Of a stretch of DNA of 64,000 nt, positions 1 through 10,112 are shown piece by piece (within the stretch, counting starts at the first letter, position 1; each line of letters starts with the position of its first letter). Source of the DNA: Minisyncoccota bacterium (GTDB lineage Bacteria > Patescibacteriota > Minisyncoccia > Phycocordibacterales > UBA1550); the NCBI GenBank assembly GCA_041660105.1, contig JBAZWZ010000003.1:25527-89526 (forward strand), given 5' to 3'. Both the position numbers and the translations under genes were made by a program. The notes under the pieces are model-generated. The model saw only the letters and a program-made list of their open reading frames with translations, had not been told where the DNA came from and did not search any database.

Positions 1-693
1 AGTAAATACTGAACTAAAAATATTTGAAACACCCAAATTTTTAAAGTTCGTAGCGAGACCATCCTCTCCTTCTAGATAAAAGAGATTATCAGTATGGTCC
101 TCAGCGAGGGCAATAAAAGGAAGGGAGTCAGGAAGATAAACTTCTTCAGTTTTTAAAAAACCGCCAGAAATGTTTTGTACAGAAGAAGAAGCAGAAGGAA
201 GGATGTTTACGATGCGCGATTTGATTATACCGTTTGCAACATCATCAACGAAACGCACTACAACACTATTTCCGTTGTTCCCCCAAAGAGCCTCAGAGAG
301 GTGTGGGCGGGTCTCATTGACGAGACGAGTTTCCGAGTAATTTGAAAGCTGCGTTTCAAAAATATTCCCCAACCCACGCTCAATATATCGAGCAGTGATG
401 TTTGTAATATTTCCTTTTTTATCCTTTGTCTCTGCAAAACCGACGCCTGCAACGGGAGCAGTGTGGAGTTGGTAAAGGCGAGGAAGAGCTTTTCCTTCTG
501 TGGGGGTAAAAGATGAGGGCTCCTCTTGAACAGCTGTCCCTTGTGTGCCCGTGCTTGGAGTCGAGGTGCTTCCGCTTGGGAAAGAAGTCACGGGTGTTTT
601 CGATGTTGTCCTTTGCGTGAAATACCAATATGCTCCACCGCCAAAAAGGGCGAGGATGATGATAATAAAAATTATTAATATTCTTTTATTCAT
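1..693 (-). CDS. Membrane-anchored hypothetical protein, truncated by the window edge (MNKRILIIFIIIILALFGGGAYWYF...)
   Basis: ATG at 693 read by eye; N-terminal TM helix; frame appears open to position 1; absent from the ORF track because it runs off the edge. Confidence 0.75.
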   Translation of the reverse strand, partial: MNKRILIIFIIIILALFGGGAYWYFTQRTTSKTPVTSFPSGSTSTPSTGTQGTAVQEEPSSFTPTEGKALPRLYQLHTAPVAGVGFAETKDKKGNITNITARYIERGLGNIFETQLSNYSETRLVNETRPHLSEALWGNNGNSVVVRFVDDVANGIIKSRIVNILPSASSSVQNISGGFLKTEEVYLPDSLPFIALAEDHTDNLFYLEGEDGLATNFKNLGVSNIFSSVFT

Positions 694-699
694 AATGTA

Positions 700-1689
700 T
701 TATCTAAGGTTGAAGTGCCACTGATCACCTTGTATGTTTTGCCAACTAAGCATAATCCCCTCGTGTACCATAAACGCATTTATATCAGTATACCCAAATT
801 GAGAGAAATTACTGAAATTAACACCTACAGGAGAGAGGTCAACGCCTGTGCCGTACATATGTGGAGAGTTTTGGGAGTCAGGATTAGAAACGAGGCTTCC
901 AAGCCCGTGGGAGCTATACTCACTACCGACAGCAGCTTTTTCGTCTACACACAAAGGGTCGTTGTTGTCTTTAAAAGTATTGTATGCAGTGAACACTTGA
1001 AAAAGGTGTTTTTGGTAGTTGTAGGGGCGATAAGCAGAAGTAACGTTAACCGTATAGCCTGAGTTGAGCTCAGGCAGGGCATACTGCAGTTTAACAACCT
1101 CTTTGTTTAGTGCTGTAAGATTTGACTGGACTGTGGGGTCGTTTGAACTCCAAATAACATTGTTTCCGCCTTCCATTGCAGACGCGGCAGGGTCATCAAG
1201 AAGAGACATATCAGGAGTAGGAACCGAACAATCCGACCCAGGTGCTATTACTCCTGTCCCATTTCCTCCAACCCCAGGGGTAAGAGTAGGAGCCATATTG
1301 CGAACCGTAACAGAGTCGAGCGTAAGCTTAAAATTTACAAGATCAGGATTGATAGAGTTTAAAACAAGGTATGAAGAAAGAATGATAGTGAGACCAATGA
1401 GGGCATTGACGATACGCTCCTTTGCGCCACTTTTTGCATCAGGAGAAATCCCCGCAGCAACATATTGCGTCCCCCCAATAACCCCATAAAGTACGGCAAG
1501 CCCTGCTCCAAGCGCGATAAGAAGCTTGATCATTCCTGCAAGATAAGTAGGGAGGTCAGTGGTGCCTGTGCTCGGGTTTATAATACCGGGAAGGCTCTGA
1601 AGAGGTACATAACCTTGAGCATTTGCAACAAGTATCCCTCCACCAAGGGATACAATAACGAGTGAAAAAATGTATGCGAAGTGTTTCAT
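700..1689 (-). CDS. Pilin-like (TrbC/VirB2-type, two TM) protein fused to a C-terminal M15 (VanY-like) Zn peptidase domain
   Basis: Signal peptide; TM pair with AKERIVNALIGL..SYLVLNSINPDL; SAYR, SPHMYGTGVD (SxHxxGxxxD) and QWH motifs. Confidence 0.75.
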   Translation of the reverse strand: MKHFAYIFSLVIVSLGGGILVANAQGYVPLQSLPGIINPSTGTTDLPTYLAGMIKLLIALGAGLAVLYGVIGGTQYVAAGISPDAKSGAKERIVNALIGLTIILSSYLVLNSINPDLVNFKLTLDSVTVRNMAPTLTPGVGGNGTGVIAPGSDCSVPTPDMSLLDDPAASAMEGGNNVIWSSNDPTVQSNLTALNKEVVKLQYALPELNSGYTVNVTSAYRPYNYQKHLFQVFTAYNTFKDNNDPLCVDEKAAVGSEYSSHGLGSLVSNPDSQNSPHMYGTGVDLSPVGVNFSNFSQFGYTDINAFMVHEGIMLSWQNIQGDQWHFNLR

Positions 1690-1695
1690 AATGTT

Positions 1696-2799
1696 TTAAA
1701 ATATTGGTTTACTTGTGGCGTCGCTTGCGGCGAAATTAATGCGAAGCTCGCGGCTTGCCGCCTGGAAGATATGAGGTAGACTTGTTACCGTAAGAGAAAT
1801 ATCGGTGCTTCCTTTTGCTCCGGTGTCATTTCGAAGAGTAATGTCCCTATTGTTGTTTTGGGTTTTGTTTCCATTTACAGACCAATTATATCGAAGCGTT
1901 TGCATACCGAGTGAATTATTTGAGAAAAAAAATGGCTCTGCGCTTAATGAAAGCTCTCTGTTTGAGAGGTATGTTTCAGCGCTAAACGATTGGTTGTATT
2001 GCACTCCCAAAAGAGGGTGGTTTTCATAAAAGAGAACAAAAGGATTAGAAAGAGGAAAAGAAGCAGTTGCCTCAGAATTGATGGTGTCGTCTATGGATGA
2101 AACTTTGACACTAACAGAAGAGTGGCTTAAAGGAATTGGTCCTGTAAAAGAAAAGGAATTTTTCCCATATCCAGAAAACTTTGTCTGCACCGTTCCTTCT
2201 TTCTGCCATGTATACACGAGATCCCCCGCCCCTAGAGCATTTTTAGGGTCGGTATTGTCAGGAGTTGCAATAACTGTTACCGCTGCTTCGGGGGAAAGTA
2301 ATGGTTTTCCTTTATAAAAAGGCGGGGTATAGGTGTCTGCTTGCCAAAACAGCGTGATCCCTACAGGAGTCCATGACAAGTCTCTTGTTAAGATTTGCCC
2401 ACCATTCGTGGCAATGGTAATAGTAAGGTTGGTCGTCTCCCCTGATGAGCCGTTTTGAAAACCAAAATGCCTTTCTCCTAAACCTTTCAAGACAACCTTG
2501 TTATTTAGAGACCAGTTAATATAAGCCTTGTCTAAATCCGTGAGATAACTTTCAACAGTGATATTCACCGAAGTGTTTGGGCCAGGGTTTTTTGGTGTTG
2601 TTGTAATTTGCAAGTATTGATACATTGAGTCCTCAAGAATTTTACCGGGCAAAGCGAGCTCCTTAGCAAGTTCGCTTTGCATGAGATTATCTATTGTTTG
2701 CTCCGAAGTAGTGGTAGATGTTTGTGCAAATACAAAGAGTGGCCCACACAAAAAACTCGCTACAAGAGTACTAACGAGCAGTTTGTGCTTTTGATACAT
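1696..2799 (-). CDS. Secreted beta-rich (Ig/PKD-like repeat) hypothetical protein
   Basis: Signal peptide; repeated Y.W..N/E motifs; 367 aa ORF in operon. Confidence 0.7.
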   Translation of the reverse strand: MYQKHKLLVSTLVASFLCGPLFVFAQTSTTTSEQTIDNLMQSELAKELALPGKILEDSMYQYLQITTTPKNPGPNTSVNITVESYLTDLDKAYINWSLNNKVVLKGLGERHFGFQNGSSGETTNLTITIATNGGQILTRDLSWTPVGITLFWQADTYTPPFYKGKPLLSPEAAVTVIATPDNTDPKNALGAGDLVYTWQKEGTVQTKFSGYGKNSFSFTGPIPLSHSSVSVKVSSIDDTINSEATASFPLSNPFVLFYENHPLLGVQYNQSFSAETYLSNRELSLSAEPFFFSNNSLGMQTLRYNWSVNGNKTQNNNRDITLRNDTGAKGSTDISLTVTSLPHIFQAASRELRINFAASDATSKPIF

Positions 2800-2851
2800 A
2801 TGCGTATATTATACCGCGAAAGTTCACAGCGCGCTATCATTGTGGGGTATT

Positions 2852-4687
2852 TTATACAACCCCCTGCGCTTCTGCGTCTGCAAGCTCTCGTTTTGCCTTC
2901 TTAATTGCCAGGATTTGTCCAGGGTCTGAGGTGATGATCTGCTCTTCCGTATAAGAAGCAATCGAGCGGATAGCTACGTGCTTCATCCCCGCAAAAAAGA
3001 TACCCTCCCCCACTCCTGATTCCAAAAGGAGGAATTTCTCTTCGTCAGTGAGGTTAAATGCCTTTTGCACTGCGTCAATCGAAGTTGGCGACTGCTTGAG
3101 TAGGATTTGGATAGAAGAGTTGGTCATAATTGGCAAGCCGTATGGTGACTTCAAGAAATCGTTTACGTCTTGGGTGATGGTGGCGATGCCGAGGTAGTAC
3201 TTTCGACCGCGTTTTGCGAGCGCATAAAGAAACGCTGCAGTGTCTTCGGACTTCATCATCCACCATGCTTCGTCCACCACAAGGAGACGCTTCCTCAGAG
3301 TGCGACGTACTGCGTTCCAGATAAAGTGCGTCACGAGATACATTGCCACAGGCTTCAAGTCGTCCTCCATATCGCGCACCGAGAAGACGATGAATTTGCG
3401 GTTGATGTCGACATTTGAAGGATTATTGATGAAACCTGCCCATGATCCACGTGTGTATTTGGTGAGCTTCGTGAGAATCCCCTCCGCGCCCTCCATCCCC
3501 GAAAGCACCATTTCAAAATCAGAAAGAAGTGGAGGCTCGATAGCGGAGAAGTCAGAGTCTGGTGTAATGTCTTTGAGCGCGTAGGTTTCGGAGATTGCAC
3601 GGTCGACGATAGCGTCTTCTTCTGGGCTGAGGCCAGAAAGCATAATACGAAAGAGACCGACGAGGGAAATGATGTTTGCACGGAGCACGTCGGCGGGCGA
3701 CTCGTCTTCTCGAGGAACAGGAAGATCAAATGGATTGATATGGTGCTCTGAGTTGAGAGAAATATTAAAATAGCGCCCCCCCACTGCTTCGGCCATAGAC
3801 TCATACTCACGCTCGGGGTCGATGACGATGACATCGATGTCGAACATCAAGCTACGCAAAATCTCGAGCTTGGTTGCAAAGGATTTTCCGGAACCAGACT
3901 TCGCAAATGTTACCGAGTTGTAGTTCTCGAGAGAAAAGCGATCGAAGAGGACGAGAGAAGCGTTGTGTCTGTTTATGCCATAGAGAATCCCCTTGTCAGA
4001 AGTGAGGTCGAAGGAAACAAACGGGAAGAAACTTGAAAGAGGTTGGGAGTTGATTTTTTTTGTAACGACAATCTTGTCGTCGTTTACAGGAATGATACTT
4101 TGAAAAGCCTCCTCTTGTTGGAAGAGCGCAGGACGAACATAAATAAGTCGTGACTCAAGCATTGATTTGATCTCTGCCTCAACGTGCCCGAGCTCCTCTT
4201 CTGTGTCAGCATAGAGAGACAAATAAAGACCAACATCAAACATTTTTTCTTGAGCTTGCTGGAGGCGGTCACGAAGTTCTTCGAGGTCGCGATATGCCGA
4301 CTCGAGCATTGGGTCACGCACAAAACCTTTGCTCTCACGCACATTTATTTGGCTTTGAACCTCAGCAACTTTCTTTTCAAACTTCTTCATAATCCCCGCA
4401 GTGTCGACAGGGTGAATGTAAATAGCAATATCAAATACCTTATCAAGGTTGATGAGCGGAGAAAGCCAGTTGTCGGAAACAACACTTGGGTATGAAGTAA
4501 TAAAGAAAGAGCGAACATATTTTTCCCCCAAAATAAGCTCCTTTGATTCAACTTTTACCGCAGATGGAGCGATAACATCAGCAAGGTTGAGCCCTGTATC
4601 AACATAAAGATCTTGCGCAAGAATAGGCATAGAGTTTTTATCTCCGCCCGCATCCGTCCTCTGTGTGTTTCCAAAAAAATTAATCAT
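2852..4687 (-). CDS. virB4: VirB4-like type IV secretion ATPase
   Basis: Walker A AKSGSGKS, VIDPEREY, Walker B LVVDEAW, KRGRKY, TQD motifs. Confidence 0.9.
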   Translation of the reverse strand: MINFFGNTQRTDAGGDKNSMPILAQDLYVDTGLNLADVIAPSAVKVESKELILGEKYVRSFFITSYPSVVSDNWLSPLINLDKVFDIAIYIHPVDTAGIMKKFEKKVAEVQSQINVRESKGFVRDPMLESAYRDLEELRDRLQQAQEKMFDVGLYLSLYADTEEELGHVEAEIKSMLESRLIYVRPALFQQEEAFQSIIPVNDDKIVVTKKINSQPLSSFFPFVSFDLTSDKGILYGINRHNASLVLFDRFSLENYNSVTFAKSGSGKSFATKLEILRSLMFDIDVIVIDPEREYESMAEAVGGRYFNISLNSEHHINPFDLPVPREDESPADVLRANIISLVGLFRIMLSGLSPEEDAIVDRAISETYALKDITPDSDFSAIEPPLLSDFEMVLSGMEGAEGILTKLTKYTRGSWAGFINNPSNVDINRKFIVFSVRDMEDDLKPVAMYLVTHFIWNAVRRTLRKRLLVVDEAWWMMKSEDTAAFLYALAKRGRKYYLGIATITQDVNDFLKSPYGLPIMTNSSIQILLKQSPTSIDAVQKAFNLTDEEKFLLLESGVGEGIFFAGMKHVAIRSIASYTEEQIITSDPGQILAIKKAKRELADAEAQGVV

Positions 4688-4704
4688 AATAGTTGTTGTT
4701 GATA

Positions 4705-5361
4705 TTATCGTACGTCGACCTTCTTCTCTGCTTCCCCAGGGTTGAATAGGCGGTAATAAAGCTCGGTGAGCTCCTCTGTCCCAAGAGGAACCACGCGCAC
4801 ACCGGTGCGAGAAAGTCCCTGACTGATAATCCCCGCTCGTTGTTCAAGTTGTGTGCGTGCCTCTTCAAATGCTTCAGCCGCGCTTTGAGAAGGAACACCA
4901 CTTGCCTCCTTCTTTTTCCCAAAAAGACCAGAAAGACCGCCACTTGAAGCAGGAGCGTTGGTGACCGACTTTGGAGGTGCATAGGGAACAACAATAACAA
5001 AAAGCTTACTCATAATATTTGTCGACTGAGCAATCGTTTTTACGAACCCCATATATTCGCGAATCTGAATCTTTAATAATTCATTAACCTCTTCCTTGAG
5101 GCGACCTTCAAGGAGGATAAGGTAAGGGCGAATATCAAGACGACGCGATTGAATAAAAATCTGTGTGGAGAACTCGAGAGAGTTGAGAAAACTTTGAAAC
5201 TGCATCAAGACTGCTTGTTGCTCGTCGCCTGACTTGAGGGCGAGGTTCACCGAAGACGCCATAAGAAGCATACGAATAGTGCCATCTTTCAAAATCACGA
5301 CACCGTCGCGGATCTCTTTTACGGGAACAAAATCTTGTGCTGCTTTTGATTTGACTGCCAT
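4705..5361 (-). CDS. T4SS-associated protein (VirB4 N-terminal/TraC-like)
   Basis: IRDGVVILKDG...SVNLALKS.DEQ...FQSFLNSL; lies between PrgI and VirB4. Confidence 0.7.
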   Translation of the reverse strand: MAVKSKAAQDFVPVKEIRDGVVILKDGTIRMLLMASSVNLALKSGDEQQAVLMQFQSFLNSLEFSTQIFIQSRRLDIRPYLILLEGRLKEEVNELLKIQIREYMGFVKTIAQSTNIMSKLFVIVVPYAPPKSVTNAPASSGGLSGLFGKKKEASGVPSQSAAEAFEEARTQLEQRAGIISQGLSRTGVRVVPLGTEELTELYYRLFNPGEAEKKVDVR

Positions 5362-5365
5362 ATTA

Positions 5366-5830
5366 TTATTTTAGAATATCATCATCCTTATCCTTTCCTG
5401 TTTTACTTTTTTCTTCTGATTTTTGGGCTCCACGTACATCAAGGTTGAAAGATGCACTTGATAATTTCCCCATCGAAACGGAAGGTGTCGAGACTGGTTG
5501 TGAGGGGAGGAAGTCTTCCTCTTTTCCAGCCTTCGGCTCCGCAGTGGTCTTTTTCCACGTGTAAAGTTTGTCGTGGATCAGATAATTGAAGGCAGCCTCA
5601 AGGATTTCAATAAACGGCTTGCCAAGTTTTTCTTTTGGATAGAACGCGAGTGCCCACGTGAGCAAGGCAATACCAAAAATTATTGGGAATTTTATTGCCG
5701 CGTAAGGAATGATACGCCAAATAAGATAAATACCACCTCCTCCGCCAGCCACATAAATCGCTTGCTTCAAAGTAAGCGGGCCAAAGAGCTTGTCCTCGAT
5801 GTCGATGTATTGAGGAATATGGAATTGCAT
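5366..5830 (-). CDS. prgI: PrgI-family membrane protein
   Basis: MQFHIPQYIDIEDKLFGPLTLKQ signature plus two TM helices; start placed at ATG 5830, 6 nt after TATAAT. Confidence 0.85.
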   Translation of the reverse strand: MQFHIPQYIDIEDKLFGPLTLKQAIYVAGGGGGIYLIWRIIPYAAIKFPIIFGIALLTWALAFYPKEKLGKPFIEILEAAFNYLIHDKLYTWKKTTAEPKAGKEEDFLPSQPVSTPSVSMGKLSSASFNLDVRGAQKSEEKSKTGKDKDDDILK

Positions 5831-5885
5831 AGGTCTATTATACAACTAACCACCAACAACTAACAACTAACAAAAAATTAAAACA

Positions 5886-6677
5886 CTACTCAATCGGTTC
5901 GCGATAGGGGTCCCCCAGAGACGCGGGGCGAGGGGCTTGGGCGACAGCTTGCGTAATAGTAAGGTCCCCCATTGATTGTTGACCAGCAGTGAAAACTTTC
6001 TGCATTTTTTCCTCAAAAGGATGAACTTCTGGAGATGCCACTAGGGTTGGTTCTGGCTCTGTTGTTTTTGGAGTAAGGTTTGGTAAAAAGGACTCAGTCG
6101 TTTCTTCGGTGGGAAGATTTTGAGGGACTACTTCAGGAGATCTTTCCCATATTTTTGTCGACGTAGCGTCTGGATATATCATTCCTGGGGCAGGGACTTC
6201 GGCGGGAAGAACAAAAGTCTCTCCCTCCATAGGCGCTTCAGGGAGAAGAGATTCTTCTTGAGCAGACTCCATTTCATCAAGGGAAGGAACTCTTTTTTCA
6301 AAGATAGTATCAGGTACTTCACCAAAAAGCTCACGGTCTTCCTCTTCTTCCCTCTTTTGTTTTTCAATGGAAGCGACACGGATCTCCTCCATAGGAATAA
6401 ATATTTCACGAGAAATAATCTGACCAAGCTCCGCCGTATCTTCCGCAGTAAGACCGAGAGTTTCTTGGCATTTAGCAGTGAAGTCATCTTCAGAGAGAAG
6501 GCCAAGGATAACAAAATTAACCATTGCGTTTAATTTTTTCACCTGATCAGGGAGAAGACCAAATGCCTGACTTGCTGTCTGAATTTTTCTCTCAAGCTCA
6601 GGCGTAAAAACATTATCCTGTACTTCATCAGGAAGAAGGTTGAAGTTATTTTCGATTTGTTCGTCGGTATAGTTCAT
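5886..6677 (-). CDS. Acidic hypothetical protein ending DPYREPIE
   Basis: 263 aa ORF co-oriented in the T4SS-like cluster. Confidence 0.7.
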   Translation of the reverse strand: MNYTDEQIENNFNLLPDEVQDNVFTPELERKIQTASQAFGLLPDQVKKLNAMVNFVILGLLSEDDFTAKCQETLGLTAEDTAELGQIISREIFIPMEEIRVASIEKQKREEEEDRELFGEVPDTIFEKRVPSLDEMESAQEESLLPEAPMEGETFVLPAEVPAPGMIYPDATSTKIWERSPEVVPQNLPTEETTESFLPNLTPKTTEPEPTLVASPEVHPFEEKMQKVFTAGQQSMGDLTITQAVAQAPRPASLGDPYREPIE

Positions 6678-6680
6678 AGT

Positions 6681-8975
6681 TTAGTGTTTTGCAGCTGATG
6701 CATCCTTTGGAGCTGAGTCTTTGTCCTTTTTGCCACCCTTGTCCTCTCCTAATTGCTTCTTTTTTTCCTGGATCTTTTCTATATCTGCTTCTGCTGACTC
6801 GAACTTCTTGAGCGCCTTTTCTGCTCTCCTTTTTTCGACAATTGCCATAGCGTGCATATCGGTATCATCGGGGTGTTTAGTTTTTACATATTCAAGTTGA
6901 GCTTCTGCTTTTGCCAATTTGTCCTCAAGCTCTTTAAGGGCCACCTCCTTTGCTTTTTTTGCTTCGGGGCTATCAAGCTCCATATCGTGAGGAATCTTAA
7001 GAGTTGTTTTAAAACTATCTGTTATTGCTTTCTCTTTTTCATCAAGGGAGATTCGTTTCTTTTCGTTCTTGTCAATCTCGTCTGCGGCTTGACCTCTCCC
7101 AATATTTGCTCCTGTAAAGGCTCTAAAGTTGGCAGCTGCCATTCCTGCCGCAGCGCCTGGTATACCGCCAGCTATTGCACCAGCTACTCCCCCTGCGATA
7201 GACCCTGCTATGCCACCAGACCTAAGCTGCTGTGCGTAAGCGGTGGCAGCGGTTCCCTCAATCTTTTTGCCTGTTTTAACCATCTCTCCCTTTTCGTTCT
7301 TTTTGTATTCATCAACCATCGCTTTGACAGCTTTGCCCCCCGCTCCTGTTGTAATCTTCTTTCCAAATGCAATATCAGTTGCCTTTGCTTCGGAAACAGT
7401 CTTCTGGAAGTTTCCTGCCCCACCCTTTCCTATACCAAGAGCAGCCCCCGCTCCAAATGGAGCATTACGAACGTCAAATGTTGCATTTGCCCCCTTATCA
7501 GTAAGATCGTAGGCAAGACGTCCAACCGATGATTCAGCTGCCCAAGCCTTGAAGCCTTCCCGCTCGGTGAGGTTGCGCGCTGCGCGACCAACAGTCTTTT
7601 GCGCAACAAGTGAAGCCCCGCCCGTAGCAAGGCCCATCGCACCGCTCACGAGATTTGACACTCCCTCACCCGTTGAACCAGCCATTCCCTCTGCAAACTT
7701 GAGCGCCTCCTGCAGTGCCTTGATAAGAAGAGCCGCAATCATTACGGGAGTAAGAATATACATAAAGTCGAAAGAACCACCAGCTGGAGGATCTTTTAAG
7801 ACACCACCCAAAATGCCATCTCCCGCACTTATTGCTTTCATAATGATATAAACAAAAAAGAGAAATACAGGGACGACGAAAGCTTGACTAATGAGCTCAT
7901 GAAGCCACTCATTAAATTTATTTGCCTTCCCAGGAAGTGCGATAGAAATGAAAGCAAAAGGAGAAAGTATCATTAGAGACCAAAATACAACAAGGCGTCT
8001 AACAAAAAGAAGAGCGGCTTTTAAAAAGATATACGCAGCGAAACCACTAACGATTGTCGCAACAATAAAAACAATGATCGCATCCATTGCGTGGACTTTT
8101 CCCGATACCAAAAGAAAGTTCTGAGGCTGGAAGGCCCCTGCCAAACTCGCTGAAATATCACGTTCGGGGACACCAACAACCGCAAAGCTTTGTTTATCAG
8201 GGGGGAGCTCAGTTCCCATACTGCTGTAAATCCCCACAGCCAAAACGTTCCCCGCGTCAATAATTATTTGAGAGAAAAAGAGACTAAAATTGATAAGAAG
8301 TGCCATCACAATAACCTTGAGCACGGTCCCTCTCCAGTCCTTTGCCCCCAAAATCGTCTGCACACCCGTATAAATGAGGATGAAGATAAAGAGCATATTT
8401 GAGAAGTCTCGCACTACTCCCCACGTGCTGTTTACGAAGTCTTGTTTAATGAAATTACTATCAATACTGAGCGTGAGCATTGCGTCAAATATGAATCCAG
8501 AACCTGCGAGGAGCCACGAGGCGGGCTTATATACACCATAATAGATAACAATAGGAATACACTCAGCTAGAGTGCCTGATGTCCCCATAAAGCCGTTGAG
8601 GGGGTTACACTTCAACTGCAATAAAATAGGGTCTGTCTCTGCATTAGCAGCAGCCTGTGCAGCATTTGCATTTGCGTTGTTTGCGTTTGTTTGGATTGCG
8701 GCACCTTGTTGTTCGGCCATCACAGAAACTCCAACGTGGCAGTTTGAAGCAATGACAAAACTGCTGTTGCCTGCTCTCGTGGACTGCGCTGCGCTACACG
8801 AGGCGCTGTCTGCGTATGGTCCAGAGACTTGTATGGTGCCTGGGTTCCCCCCCACGCCTACCTTTGCGTTATACCAAAAGAAATAACTATCAGCACCAAA
8901 AACAGTCGTCGCTCCGCCCAGCAAGAAAACGATTCCGAAGAGAAACGCTGTAATTTTTGGGAAGAGTTTTCTCAT
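6681..8975 (-). CDS. VirB6/TrbL-like polytopic membrane protein with coiled-coil tail
   Basis: W..VRDFSN, LLINFSLF, SPFAF motifs; many TM helices; Gly/Ala-rich and charged C-terminus. Confidence 0.75.
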   Translation of the reverse strand: MRKLFPKITAFLFGIVFLLGGATTVFGADSYFFWYNAKVGVGGNPGTIQVSGPYADSASCSAAQSTRAGNSSFVIASNCHVGVSVMAEQQGAAIQTNANNANANAAQAAANAETDPILLQLKCNPLNGFMGTSGTLAECIPIVIYYGVYKPASWLLAGSGFIFDAMLTLSIDSNFIKQDFVNSTWGVVRDFSNMLFIFILIYTGVQTILGAKDWRGTVLKVIVMALLINFSLFFSQIIIDAGNVLAVGIYSSMGTELPPDKQSFAVVGVPERDISASLAGAFQPQNFLLVSGKVHAMDAIIVFIVATIVSGFAAYIFLKAALLFVRRLVVFWSLMILSPFAFISIALPGKANKFNEWLHELISQAFVVPVFLFFVYIIMKAISAGDGILGGVLKDPPAGGSFDFMYILTPVMIAALLIKALQEALKFAEGMAGSTGEGVSNLVSGAMGLATGGASLVAQKTVGRAARNLTEREGFKAWAAESSVGRLAYDLTDKGANATFDVRNAPFGAGAALGIGKGGAGNFQKTVSEAKATDIAFGKKITTGAGGKAVKAMVDEYKKNEKGEMVKTGKKIEGTAATAYAQQLRSGGIAGSIAGGVAGAIAGGIPGAAAGMAAANFRAFTGANIGRGQAADEIDKNEKKRISLDEKEKAITDSFKTTLKIPHDMELDSPEAKKAKEVALKELEDKLAKAEAQLEYVKTKHPDDTDMHAMAIVEKRRAEKALKKFESAEADIEKIQEKKKQLGEDKGGKKDKDSAPKDASAAKH

Positions 8976-8984
8976 TTAGTTAAT

Positions 8985-10103
8985 TTATTTTTTGAAGATA
9001 CCCTTGATGGCATCGTTGGATGCTTTAGTAACGATTGCGTCAATAATTTTACTTAGGTTGTCTGCAAGTCCAAGACGATCGAAGGATGCTCCTGTTGCCT
9101 TGGAAAGCTGATCAGAAATCAATTTACCCGGCGTTACTTTAGGGCACCAGATTCTCGCCATAGCAGCCTTGTCTGCATCACTAGCAGGGGCTATAAATTG
9201 AGGGTTTCCATCTGGTCCCGTAACTATCGTCGCTGTAGTCGAGGTAAAAGCGTCTTTGGTTGCCTCATCGGGCCAGTTACACTTTTCTGGGTCTGAGTCG
9301 TCAACCACGCTCAAGAAGCCACCATTCAAACTCAGCTGTCGTCTCGACTCTTCCAGAAGACCAGATTGTTGCTTGGTGAGCTCACTACTTGTGATAACAG
9401 AAACACCAAATGGATTGCCGTTATCATTGAGCGCTTTTTCAAAATACTGCCACGTGAAGGCAATCTTTCCTCTATAAAAATCAGAAGCATTTACTGAGGG
9501 AAAGGGGCACGCAACAGCTGCTCTATATACGGGGGCAGGATCAGCTTGCCCCAAGACAACCCATTGTTTTAGGTCATTTTTGAAGAGCGCATCAAAGTCA
9601 CACATTTCAAGCCCGTCAATCGTGCGCATAAGGTTTCCTGCGACAGAATCAAGGAGTTCCTTCTCCATTTGTTTTGGGTCTATAGCGTAGTTTGGGGAGC
9701 CGTGCATACCGCCCTTGATCCAGCTGATAGTCTCTTCGGTAAAGTTGTCGAGCATTAACTGTCCTGCCTTATAGGCAATACAGTCAGCCAATGGTTTCCC
9801 GTGCGCAGACCAAAAATTTGAGGCCTCAGCGTCTGCTGCTCCGCTCGCTGTTGTTGCTGCGACGCTCGCGTCTGAGGATGGAACAGCTATAGCCTCGTTT
9901 ACTGTAGTTACTCCCCCAAAAATCGCAAGATAACCCGCTTTTGCTCCCTCCATTAGGGATAGATTAGCGGCAGCTACCCCCGCACAGTCAACAGTCACTG
10001 ACTCCGCTGCAGCATAGGTGGCCCGAGGCATAAAAAAGGAAACACTCAAAAGCAGAGAAATACAGAGAATGGGGAGAAGTTTATATTTTTTTTGAGTGTT
10101 CAT
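8985..10103 (-). CDS. Secreted Cys-containing protein of the T4SS-like cluster
   Basis: Signal peptide; TISWIKGG..GSP and VTPGKLI motifs. Confidence 0.65.
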   Translation of the reverse strand: MNTQKKYKLLPILCISLLLSVSFFMPRATYAAAESVTVDCAGVAAANLSLMEGAKAGYLAIFGGVTTVNEAIAVPSSDASVAATTASGAADAEASNFWSAHGKPLADCIAYKAGQLMLDNFTEETISWIKGGMHGSPNYAIDPKQMEKELLDSVAGNLMRTIDGLEMCDFDALFKNDLKQWVVLGQADPAPVYRAAVACPFPSVNASDFYRGKIAFTWQYFEKALNDNGNPFGVSVITSSELTKQQSGLLEESRRQLSLNGGFLSVVDDSDPEKCNWPDEATKDAFTSTTATIVTGPDGNPQFIAPASDADKAAMARIWCPKVTPGKLISDQLSKATGASFDRLGLADNLSKIIDAIVTKASNDAIKGIFKK

Positions 10104-10112
10104 ATAGATAAT

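Noticed and set aside
685-712. dif-like sequence CATAATGTATTATCTAA
   Set aside because: Spacing and right arm do not fit dif; it is just a stop/start junction
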